A stretch of 64,000 nucleotides of DNA from a bacterium (GTDB taxonomy: Bacteria > Gemmatimonadota > Gemmatimonadetes > Gemmatimonadales > Gemmatimonadaceae), in assembly GCA_040002475.1 (NCBI GenBank), contig JBDUEJ010000027.1:12086-76085 (forward strand), given 5' to 3'. The notes under the pieces were generated by a model that was given only the letters and a program-made list of their open reading frames with translations, was not told the DNA's origin and did not search any database. Positions within the stretch are counted from its first letter, which is position 1, and the number at the start of each line of letters is the position of its first letter. Of the stretch, positions 36,780 to 46,640 are shown in pieces. Both the position numbers and the translations under genes were made by a program.

Positions 36780-37405
36780 CCGATGAGCACGGCTCGCGCT
36801 GGAGCGCCGTCGAGGCCCGCAAGTCTGAGAGGCAAAACGCGCAGTTCGTACGGTCCCATCGGCGGTCCGGAGAGATCGAGACCTTCAACGATGATGATGC
36901 CGCGTTCGAGCAGCGTTCGGTGCGTGCGATGATGGCCGGAGTGAAACTGCTCGACCGAGAAATAGTCGACGCCGACCAGTTTGACGCCGAGCGACGCGAG
37001 ATACTCCGCGCCGTCGGGTGCGAGGTAGGTGTAGTCTTTTATGAACTCGCCGCCGCGGATGAAGCTCGAATTCCGCGTCTGGATGAGGACTCGTGAGTGG
37101 CCTTTGAGCTCATGGCGCTGCAGCTGCTCCGCGCCCACCGCCATCGTCTTGGCGTCCATGCAAATCAGCACCGCGGGGCCCATGAGGACGTCGAGCGCGA
37201 GATTGTCGACCGTCACTCCGTCGTCGAAGAAATGCTTGGGGGCATCAACGTGCGTTCCCGTGTGCGACCCAAAGGCCACCGACGAGACATTCGAGCTTCC
37301 GCCTTTGGAAATGGCCTGTTGCGACGCGATTTGAATTTCGGGGTTTCCGGGATACACGACGCCGCCGGCGGCGATCGGAACCGAGATATCGTAGATGATC
37401 GGCAT
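36776..37405 (-). CDS. cyclase-family metal hydrolase (kynurenine formamidase-like)
   Basis: I use the internal start MPIIYDISVP (ATG 37405). HTGTHVDAPKHF is the cyclase-family signature. It overlaps the HAD gene by 4 nt. Confidence 0.8.
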   Translation of the reverse strand: MPIIYDISVPIAAGGVVYPGNPEIQIASQQAISKGGSSNVSSVAFGSHTGTHVDAPKHFFDDGVTVDNLALDVLMGPAVLICMDAKTMAVGAEQLQRHELKGHSRVLIQTRNSSFIRGGEFIKDYTYLAPDGAEYLASLGVKLVGVDYFSVEQFHSGHHRTHRTLLERGIIIVEGLDLSGPPMGPYELRVLPLRLAGLDGAPARAVLIG

Positions 37406-37668
37406 GACGCTTGTCCGGTAAATGCCTACGCGACGAGCCTGACCGCCGGCTGGTGCGTGACTTGGGAATTTCCGCGCGCGACGTGGAAACCTGCATCGCT
37501 CCGCCGGCGTTCCGCCACCCGACGGCCTGTCCCGACTTGGCGGGACGTGTAACGAGCTTGGCCGCCTGTTTCGACCCACGCGGGTGGCGGCCCGTCCCGC
37601 TCGGTGAAAGGAATCCGTAAAGCGCTTACAAAACTCTGGCCCTCGCCGGAACGAAGCCTTTCTATTCA

Positions 37669-39450
37669 ATGACCATGCGCCGTTCGCCTCGCCTCATCGG
37701 CACCGTTGGCCTGCTGATCCTGGCATTGGTCGTTGCCGCCGTCCTTGCGTATCAAGCCTGGGATGCCGGCAGGTCGCAGCAGCGGACCGCTGAGACTGCC
37801 CTGCACGACTACGCCAAGATCGCCGACTGGCAGCTCACCCAGCAGGCGAGAAATGCGCTGCTCGCGCAAGTCGTCACGTCGCTGATCGTCCAGGCGTCGC
37901 GCATTCGCCCCGATTCCCTCCGGCAAACGCTCGTGACACCGGTCGAGGTCGAAGACATCGCGCGCGACATGATGAGCTGGTGCGACTGCCTCTCGGGCGC
38001 CCGCTACTTCTTCCGATACGATTGGAGCGAAGGAACATTCAGGACCACCGAGACCGACGCCCCCGATGCCGACCTCGCCTGGGTTCGCGACACCATGGTG
38101 GCGTACGCCAAGGCCATGGCTCCGGTGAAGGACCGCCGAGTGCTCAACTTCGGCTCGCCCAACGGGCGGTTTGGGTCCTTTCAGCAACTCGCGGTCATTC
38201 TCACCAACGATTCCTACGCCATGCTGTTCGGCGAACGGAATCATCGCCCGCTGCTCGTGGTGTTCGTCGTTGCGCGCGACATCAATCGTGGGCTGCCGGT
38301 GGAGCTCTACGGGTACGTCACCGACCCCAAGCCGTTTCTGAGCCCGGTGTTCGCGAACATCCGCGGCACGTCGGATCACGCGACGCCGCTGCTCCCGGAG
38401 TCTCTGATCCGCGGGCTGTCGATCGATTCGATTCTCTCCATCTCCGCGACGATGCTGGACGGAACCGAGGTCTATAAGTCGCCGGGGTGGGCCGCGCCTA
38501 CGTACAGCGCCGTGGACACCGTGGAGCCGAGCTTCGGACGCCTGCTGTTGCGCGTGAGCATCAACAACAAGTTTGCCGACAAGCTCGTCGTGGGCGGGCT
38601 GCCGCGCTCGCGTTTGCCCATGATCCTCGCGCTGTTAGCGATCGCCGCTGGGCTGCTCACCGTCGCGTTGATTCAACTGCGGCGCCAGCAGGAGTTGGCG
38701 CGCCTTCGCACCGAGTTCGTGTCGGGCGTGTCGCACGAGCTTCGCACACCGTTGGCCCAGATCAGATGGTTCGCTGAGCTGCTGCACATGGGTAAGCTCC
38801 GGTCGGAGGAGGAGCGCGCACGCTCGGCCGGCATCATCGACCAGGAAGCGCGGCGATTGACGTACCTGGTTGAAAACGTTCTCAACTTTTCGCGGAGCGA
38901 AAAGGGCACGAACCGAATCGCGCCGGCGCCGGCCGATCTCGACCACGAGATCGGCGAAGCGCTGGAGCTGTTCGCGCCGCTCGCGCGCGCGCGCAAGAAT
39001 TCGATCGTGGCATCGCTTGGCGCCAACGGCACCGTGTCCGTCGACCGGGATTCGTTCCGGCAGATGCTGCTCAATCTGCTCGACAACGCGGTGAAGTACG
39101 GCCCGGCGGGGCAGACGATCACCGTGGGTTCGGAAATCACGGGTGATCGCGCACGCATCTGGGTCGAGGATGAGGGCCCCGGCATTCCGCACGACGATCG
39201 ACACCGCGTGTGGGAGCCGTACGTACGACTCAATCGCGAGAATGAATCGGCGACCGGTGGGAGTGGCATCGGGCTCGCCGTCGTCCGCGAGCTGGTGACC
39301 CTGCACGGCGGGCGTACGCGCGTTGAAGGGGCGCCCGGAGGCGGCGCGCGGATCGTGCTCGAGCTTCCACTCACACAGCCGGATTCCGACCAGCATCACG
39401 ACGACACGACTCCCCCAAACAGCCACGTGCAACTCAAGGCGATTCCATGA
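37669..39450 (+). CDS. membrane sensor histidine kinase
   Basis: An N-terminal TM is followed by a ~290-aa periplasmic region and a second TM. Then come HisKA (FVSGVSHELRTPLAQI) and HATPase_c (NLLDNAVKYG, DEGPGI, GGSGIGLA). Confidence 0.85.
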   Translation: MTMRRSPRLIGTVGLLILALVVAAVLAYQAWDAGRSQQRTAETALHDYAKIADWQLTQQARNALLAQVVTSLIVQASRIRPDSLRQTLVTPVEVEDIARDMMSWCDCLSGARYFFRYDWSEGTFRTTETDAPDADLAWVRDTMVAYAKAMAPVKDRRVLNFGSPNGRFGSFQQLAVILTNDSYAMLFGERNHRPLLVVFVVARDINRGLPVELYGYVTDPKPFLSPVFANIRGTSDHATPLLPESLIRGLSIDSILSISATMLDGTEVYKSPGWAAPTYSAVDTVEPSFGRLLLRVSINNKFADKLVVGGLPRSRLPMILALLAIAAGLLTVALIQLRRQQELARLRTEFVSGVSHELRTPLAQIRWFAELLHMGKLRSEEERARSAGIIDQEARRLTYLVENVLNFSRSEKGTNRIAPAPADLDHEIGEALELFAPLARARKNSIVASLGANGTVSVDRDSFRQMLLNLLDNAVKYGPAGQTITVGSEITGDRARIWVEDEGPGIPHDDRHRVWEPYVRLNRENESATGGSGIGLAVVRELVTLHGGRTRVEGAPGGGARIVLELPLTQPDSDQHHDDTTPPNSHVQLKAIP

Positions 39451-40193
39451 CGTACTCAACACTTGTCGGCCAGCGCCACTCGACGACGGACAGCCTCTCA
39501 CTCACCATGCCGCGCATTCTCATTGTGGAAGACAATCCCGATCTCGCCTACGGCCTGCGTACCGGTCTCGAGATCGAGGGCTACGAAGTGCACGTTGCCG
39601 AAGATGGCGAAACCGGACTCGACCTGGCGCGCTCGTGGACTCCGGACCTCGTCATGCTCGACCTCATGCTCCCTGGCATGGATGGGTACCGTGTGCTCAA
39701 GACCTTGCGTGAAGGCGGGTCGGATGTGCCCGTGCTGATCCTCACCGCGCGCGGTGAGGAAGCCGACAAAGTCCTCGGCTTCCGGCTTGGCGCTGACGAC
39801 TACGTCACCAAGCCTTGCGGAGTGCTGGAACTGCTCGCGCGCGTCGGTGCGCTCCTCCGCCGGTCGCGTCTCGCGGAACGCTCGGCGGCTGACGGGCTCG
39901 AGCGCTTCGGCGGCGTGGAGATCAACCCGGCGTCGCGCACCGTGACGAAGGAAGGCACTCCAGTTGCACTGAGTCCTAAGGAGTTCGATCTGTTGCTCGC
40001 ACTCGTGCGGCGGCGCGGCGCGGTGGCATCACGCGTCGAGCTTCTGCGTGAGGTGTGGGGTCATCGGGTGGAGGTGATGACCCGAACCGTGGACATCCAT
40101 ATCGCTGAACTGCGGCGGAAGCTGGAAGATGATCCGTCGCAACCGCACCACATCCTCACGGTGTGGAAAGCAGGTTACCGACTCGAAGCGTGA
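39447..40193 (+). CDS. OmpR-family response regulator
   Basis: The receiver reads RILIVEDNPD...VMLDLMLPGMDG. The winged-helix output reads TRTVDIHIAELRRKLE. It has an ATGA overlap with the kinase. An alternative start at 39507 (MPRILIVED) is equally plausible. Confidence 0.9.
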   Translation: MTYSTLVGQRHSTTDSLSLTMPRILIVEDNPDLAYGLRTGLEIEGYEVHVAEDGETGLDLARSWTPDLVMLDLMLPGMDGYRVLKTLREGGSDVPVLILTARGEEADKVLGFRLGADDYVTKPCGVLELLARVGALLRRSRLAERSAADGLERFGGVEINPASRTVTKEGTPVALSPKEFDLLLALVRRRGAVASRVELLREVWGHRVEVMTRTVDIHIAELRRKLEDDPSQPHHILTVWKAGYRLEA

Positions 40194-40195
40194 CT

Positions 40196-41056
40196 ATGAC
40201 CGATCACTCGGCGCCTTTCTTTTCGACCCCGCGCCTCGTCGCGGGGTTGATTGTTTCGACCCTCGTTTTCGCCGGCTGTCACCGCCAGCCGTCCGAAAGC
40301 GCACCAACGCCACCAACATCTCCGGCGCCGGCGCCGCAGACCCGTTCTGCGCCGGCGACGGCGAACATCACCAGCGGACGCGCGCTCCTTCAAGCGATGC
40401 ACGAACGCTACGCGGCGGGTTGGTATCGCACCCTCACGTTCACGCAAAAGACGACCGTCGCCCTCTCGAGCGGCGGCGAGGTCGTGCAGACGTGGTATGA
40501 GGCGGGCGAGGTTCCCGGGCGTCTCCGCATCGACACCGATCGCGCGTCGAAGGGAGGCGTCATCTATGCACGCGATAGTATTTTCTCATTCACGAACGGT
40601 AAACTCGCGCGCGCCGATACCGGCATGAACGATCTCCTGGTGCTCGGTTTCGACGTTTACGTGCAGCCGGTGGCCACGAGCGAGGCCGTGCTCCGCCGCC
40701 TCGGGTTCGACCTCACGCACATCCATGAGGCGCGGTGGCAGGGCAAACCGGTGTACGTGGTCGGCGCCGTTCCCGGCGACACCACCTCGAAGCAGTTCTG
40801 GATCGAGCGCGACCGGCTGTTGTTCGTCCGGCTGATCGAGCACACGCGCCAGGGCCGCGCCGACATCCGGTTCAACGAATACGTGAAGTACGGCGGCGGT
40901 TGGCTTGCCGTCGAGGTGGATCAACTCGTCAACGGCAAGCGCCGCACGCTGGAGCAGTACTCGGATGTCAAAACGAATGTTTTGCTCTCCGAGGCGTTGT
41001 TCGATCCCAAGCAATGGGCGACTGCGCCGCATTGGGCGCCGCAGCGCAGGGACTAG
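40196..41056 (+). CDS. lipoprotein, LolA-fold/outer-membrane lipoprotein-sorting-like
   Basis: The start is 2 nt after the regulator stop. The lipobox is LVFAGC. A Pro/Ala-rich linker is followed by a beta-rich domain. Confidence 0.55.
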   Translation: MTDHSAPFFSTPRLVAGLIVSTLVFAGCHRQPSESAPTPPTSPAPAPQTRSAPATANITSGRALLQAMHERYAAGWYRTLTFTQKTTVALSSGGEVVQTWYEAGEVPGRLRIDTDRASKGGVIYARDSIFSFTNGKLARADTGMNDLLVLGFDVYVQPVATSEAVLRRLGFDLTHIHEARWQGKPVYVVGAVPGDTTSKQFWIERDRLLFVRLIEHTRQGRADIRFNEYVKYGGGWLAVEVDQLVNGKRRTLEQYSDVKTNVLLSEALFDPKQWATAPHWAPQRRD

Positions 41057-41062
41057 TAATCC

Positions 41063-41365
41063 TGCGCCGTGCGAGCGTCACGCGATCGGGTAGGCTTGGC
41101 GGGCCGCTCGCCACGGAATTCGCGGAATCGCGGAAACTGCGCCGTTGTCGCGCCGGGCCTCAACAGCATGAGCACCGACTTACACCGACAATGCCCTGAC
41201 GAAACACGGAGGCCGTTCGCGGCGCGATGGCTCCGCGCTCTACAAGCCCGGACGATCCTTTCTTGCAGCGCGTGCCCGTTCGAATCCGTGCGTTGACGTT
41301 CCAGTCCGTGCGAAAACAGTTCAGTATGGTTTCCGTAAATTCAGCGCATTTCGTGGTCGACAGCC
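41063..41365. repeat. degenerate member of the palindromic repeat family (copy I1)
   Basis: It starts with the box TGCGCCGTGCGA (41063-41074). It contains CACGGAATTCGCGGAATCGCGGAA (41112-41135). It has AGCCCGGACGATCCTTTCTTG (41244-41264), related to 33420-33438. It has ATTTCGTGGTCGAC (41348-41361), related to 33352-33367. Confidence 0.4.
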
Positions 41366-41529
41366 GACCATCCATGACTAATTCATGATCCTCGTCCGGC
41401 GCATCAACGGCTAGGCAACACGTCGGCCAATTGACAATGCGCGTCCGTCGGGTTGAATCTCACGGTGGCGCGGTTGCGTTCTTCACCGCCGCCGACGGCA
41501 TTTTCCAATAACACAAGGGTCTTTAAAGT

Positions 41530-42864
41530 ATGCGTAGTTTTTTCGTTCCCGTCGTCGCGGCAAGTCTGATTGTTGGTGCTACCGTCCTTCACGGCCAGGA
41601 AGCAAAAGGGTCGGGCACCGTCGTCCTCCGGGCAGCCCGCGTGATCGACGGAACCGGCGCCGCGCCGATTCTCGATGGTGTTGTCGTCGTGACCGACGAC
41701 AAGATCGTCGCCGTCGGCAAGCAGGGCTCCGTCACGGTTCCGGCCGGTGCCCGCACCGTGGACCTTGGCAATTCGACGATCCTGCCCGGGTTCATCGACG
41801 CGCACACGCACATCATCGGCCGCGAGCTCAAGGATCCGCAGGCGAATGACGCCGCGGTACGCGACTATGAAAGCACCGGCGCGATCATCGGCGTGGCCAA
41901 CGCGCAAAAGACGCTGCTCGCCGGTTTCACGACGATCCGAAATGTGGGCGCGCCGAACTTCGACGACATGGCGCTGCGTCAAGCCGTCGGCGAAGGCTTT
42001 GTCATTGGGCCGCGCATGCAGAACGCCGGTCACGCACTCGGCATCACCGGTGGGCATTGCGATGAAAACGGGTTCAGACCCGGACTCATGGACGGCGGCA
42101 TCAAGGACGGAATCGCCGACGGTCCGGATCAAGTGCGCGCGGCCGTGCGCTATCAGGCCAAGTACGGCGCCGATGTCATCAAGACGTGCGCGACGGGTGG
42201 CGTGCTCTCAGAGGGCGACGCCGTCGGCGTTCCGCAGTACACGTACGAAGAGCTCAAGGCGATGGTCGACGAAGCCACGAAGCTCGAGCGCAAAGTCGCC
42301 GCGCACGCGCACGGGACGGAAGGAATCAAGATTGCCGTGCGCGCCGGCGTGGCGTCGATCGAGCACGGTTCCTTCCTCGACGAAGAGGGCGCCAAGATGA
42401 TGGTGCAGCACGGGACGTATCTCGTGCCCACACTCAGCGCCGGCGAAGCAGTGGTGAACGCGGTGAAGACCGGCACGCTCAAGGGGCTCCGCGCCGAGAA
42501 GGGGATGGCTGCCGCGGCGGCGGCGCGCAACGCGGTGAAGATCGCCGTGCGCAACGGCGTTCCGATCGCGCTTGGCACCGACGCCGCCGTCGGCTCGCAC
42601 GGCACGAACGGCCACGAGTTCACGCTGATGGTCGAGTGGGGCGGCATGACGCCCATGCAATCGATCGTCGCCGGCACGACGAGCGCCGCCAAACTCCTTG
42701 GCTGGGACAACCGCATCGGTTCACTCAGCGCCGGCAAGCTTGCCGATATCGTCGCCGTTCCGGGCGATCCCCTTCAGGACATTCACGTCATGGAGAAGCC
42801 GAGCTTCGTGATGAAGAACGGCTTCGTATACAAGGGCCAAGGAGTGGCGCCGCCGTTGCCGTAG
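41530..42864 (+). CDS. secreted metal-dependent amidohydrolase
   Basis: The ORF is 444 aa with a signal peptide. Motifs are ILPGFIDAHTHI, AAHAHG and IEHGSFL. Confidence 0.85.
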   Translation: MRSFFVPVVAASLIVGATVLHGQEAKGSGTVVLRAARVIDGTGAAPILDGVVVVTDDKIVAVGKQGSVTVPAGARTVDLGNSTILPGFIDAHTHIIGRELKDPQANDAAVRDYESTGAIIGVANAQKTLLAGFTTIRNVGAPNFDDMALRQAVGEGFVIGPRMQNAGHALGITGGHCDENGFRPGLMDGGIKDGIADGPDQVRAAVRYQAKYGADVIKTCATGGVLSEGDAVGVPQYTYEELKAMVDEATKLERKVAAHAHGTEGIKIAVRAGVASIEHGSFLDEEGAKMMVQHGTYLVPTLSAGEAVVNAVKTGTLKGLRAEKGMAAAAAARNAVKIAVRNGVPIALGTDAAVGSHGTNGHEFTLMVEWGGMTPMQSIVAGTTSAAKLLGWDNRIGSLSAGKLADIVAVPGDPLQDIHVMEKPSFVMKNGFVYKGQGVAPPLP

Positions 42865-42874
42865 CTTCCGCCGG

Positions 42875-43122
42875 TGCGCCGTGCGAACGTGAATCGATGA
42901 CTACCGTGCGCGGGCAGTTGGCCGCGGAATCCACGGAATGGCTGAATGACGCGGAATTGGGTTCTCGTGGGGAGATAACACGTCGCGCAACGAGCCCAGA
43001 CGACCATTTTTTGAGACTGCCGCTCGGGACGCCTCACGAGGCACCCCGAGCGGCAGTCTCCAAAAAGAATTCTTAGCCAGTGCGCCACCACTGTGTTCAA
43101 ACCATCACCCATCGCACGGCGC
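42875..43122. repeat. palindromic repeat family, copy B2, bounded by an 11-12-nt inverted box
   Basis: TGCGCCGTGCGA at 42875-42886 has its reverse complement TCGCACGGCGC at 43112-43122. A perfect 16-bp central hairpin, GAGACTGCCGCTCGGG/CCCGAGCGGCAGTCTC, lies at 43013-43060. Copy B2 shares AACGAGCCC(G/A)GA, CCGCGGAAT and GCCGCTCGGGA blocks with copy B1. Confidence 0.7.
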
Positions 43123-43309
43123 GATCATCGCCCGCCCACGGGGGACAACCTTGCGCTCGCCACACGCGACTCGCATTCTGATGTCGTCGTCGGCTTGAGG
43201 ATTTCGATCCTGAAGGGTGAGATCGTGCGATGCCCGGCGCCGGGCACGCCACGGGCGCACTGACCACACAAGAGCGCGCCCGCACCGCGGTGTAGCGACA
43301 TCGGGGCAG

Positions 43310-44317
43310 ATGCTGATGGCCAACATATTCAGTTTTCTCGGCGCGCTGTTTGGCAAGCCGAAGCCGCGTTCCGATCAGAGACAACCCCCACCGCCGCCGC
43401 GGCCGCCCACACCACAACCGCCGCCGCCACCGCTCCCGCCCGAAGCTCGGCGGATGGTTGGCATATCATCCGCGACCGACGCCGGCTCGCTCGAAGCGAT
43501 GCGTCAGTTGGGCATCAAGCGCGTGCGGATGACGATCATCTGGAACAACTATCTCGACACGCGATGTTTCGCCGATGATCGCGCCACACCAGTCAACGGT
43601 GGCGGACACACGATGGCTGAATTCTTCGGGATGGATCTCGCGACATTCGCCGCCGCGGGAATCGAACCGATGGTCGCCGTGCACTCACCCCCAACCGGCA
43701 TGACGTTCGAGCAGGGCGTTGTCGCCATGCCGGCATTCATGGCGGGATTGGCCAAGCAGTTTCCTGGAATGCGCTGGCAGATCTTGAACGAGATGGACGC
43801 CGGGTCGGTCTTCACCGGCGGAAACCAGGATTGGTGCCTGGCGGACTCCAACGTCACGCAGAAAGTTCGCGGCGATCGCTACGGGCAAATCCTCGGTCCT
43901 GTGTACGACGCGATCAAAGCCGCCGATCCCACAGCGACAGTGATTGCCGCCGGCATCGCGCTCGAACCCACGGAGTTCTACGCGGGCTTCAACGCTCGCG
44001 CCCCGGGGAAGTACGATGCCGTCGCTGTGCACTGCTACGGCCCGCCCGTCACGCCGGTCTTCAAATCCAAGTCCGCTGCGATGCGCGCCGTGCTGGGCTC
44101 GACCCCACTCTGGTGCACGGAGTTCGGGAACAATCAGACGGACGACACAAGCCAATCCGGAGACATAGCCGAGGCGCTCGATGAGAACGACCGCCACAAT
44201 CGATTTGATCGCGCGTACGTCTACACGCTGATCGGCGACGGCGGCTACGGTATCGTCCGTGCCGATGGGTCACTCCGCCATTCCGCGACGCATCTCACCG
44301 ATCGGGTGGCCAGGTAG
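43310..44317 (+). CDS. clan GH-A-like glycoside hydrolase with N-terminal hydrophobic helix and polyproline linker
   Basis: I use the start at ATG 43310 (MLMANIFSFLGALFG). The linker QPPPPPRPPTPQPPPPPLPP follows. The TIM-barrel-like core has WQILNEMD (candidate acid/base NE) and LWCTEFG (candidate nucleophile). No classical signal peptide is present. Confidence 0.5.
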   Translation: MLMANIFSFLGALFGKPKPRSDQRQPPPPPRPPTPQPPPPPLPPEARRMVGISSATDAGSLEAMRQLGIKRVRMTIIWNNYLDTRCFADDRATPVNGGGHTMAEFFGMDLATFAAAGIEPMVAVHSPPTGMTFEQGVVAMPAFMAGLAKQFPGMRWQILNEMDAGSVFTGGNQDWCLADSNVTQKVRGDRYGQILGPVYDAIKAADPTATVIAAGIALEPTEFYAGFNARAPGKYDAVAVHCYGPPVTPVFKSKSAAMRAVLGSTPLWCTEFGNNQTDDTSQSGDIAEALDENDRHNRFDRAYVYTLIGDGGYGIVRADGSLRHSATHLTDRVAR

Positions 44318-44331
44318 CGGCGGTCGGTTGG

Positions 44332-44467
44332 TGCGCCGTGCGATGAGTGATCGTTCGACCGTACACAACGAGCCCGGACGAAAGATGACTGCTGTTACGC
44401 CGGTACAGCCTCGACGCGTCGCGATAGAGCCATTCCGCGGATTCAGCAGCTTCCGCGGATTCCGCGG
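44332..44467. repeat. palindromic repeat family, partial copy B3
   Basis: TGCGCCGTGCGA lies at 44332-44343 and AACGAGCCCGGA at 44367-44378. ATTCCGCGGATTCAG at 44432-44446 is identical to 33539-33553. It is followed by TTCCGCGGATTCCGCGG. Confidence 0.55.
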
Positions 44468-44493
44468 CCACTCGGCGCTCACCGCCGGCCCGA

Positions 44494-46545
<2,052 letters not shown>

Positions 46546-46640
46546 TGTGAGAAGCGGGTTGGAGCGTCAGTTTGTCGTGCAGTCGATGCACTCCGCAGCG
46601 GGCACCAGATTTTTCGTACCCACGCTCAAACTACACCGCG

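Noticed and set aside
37549-37612. A possible fifth, degenerate copy of the palindromic repeat (AACGAGC, CCCGCTCGG and GGAATCCGT pieces) in the divergent promoter region.
   Set aside because: Only three short blocks match, and their spacing differs from the other copies. I cannot separate this from chance in GC-rich sequence without a statistical alignment.
41225-41300. A possible tRNA or tmRNA 3' fragment, because of GTTCGAATCC at 41278-41287.
   Set aside because: The flanking pentamers are direct rather than inverted, so no T-stem forms. No acceptor stem or anticodon arm could be drawn and no CCA context is present. I kept it only as a weak remnant hypothesis in the findings.
41160-41375. 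A 71-aa minus-strand ORF (MDGRLSTTKCAEFTETILNCF...) in the long intergenic gap.
   Set aside because: Its GC3 is only about 60 percent, against 80-90 percent for most genes I hand-counted. It has no properly spaced ribosome-binding site and no recognisable domain. It overlaps repeat fragments.
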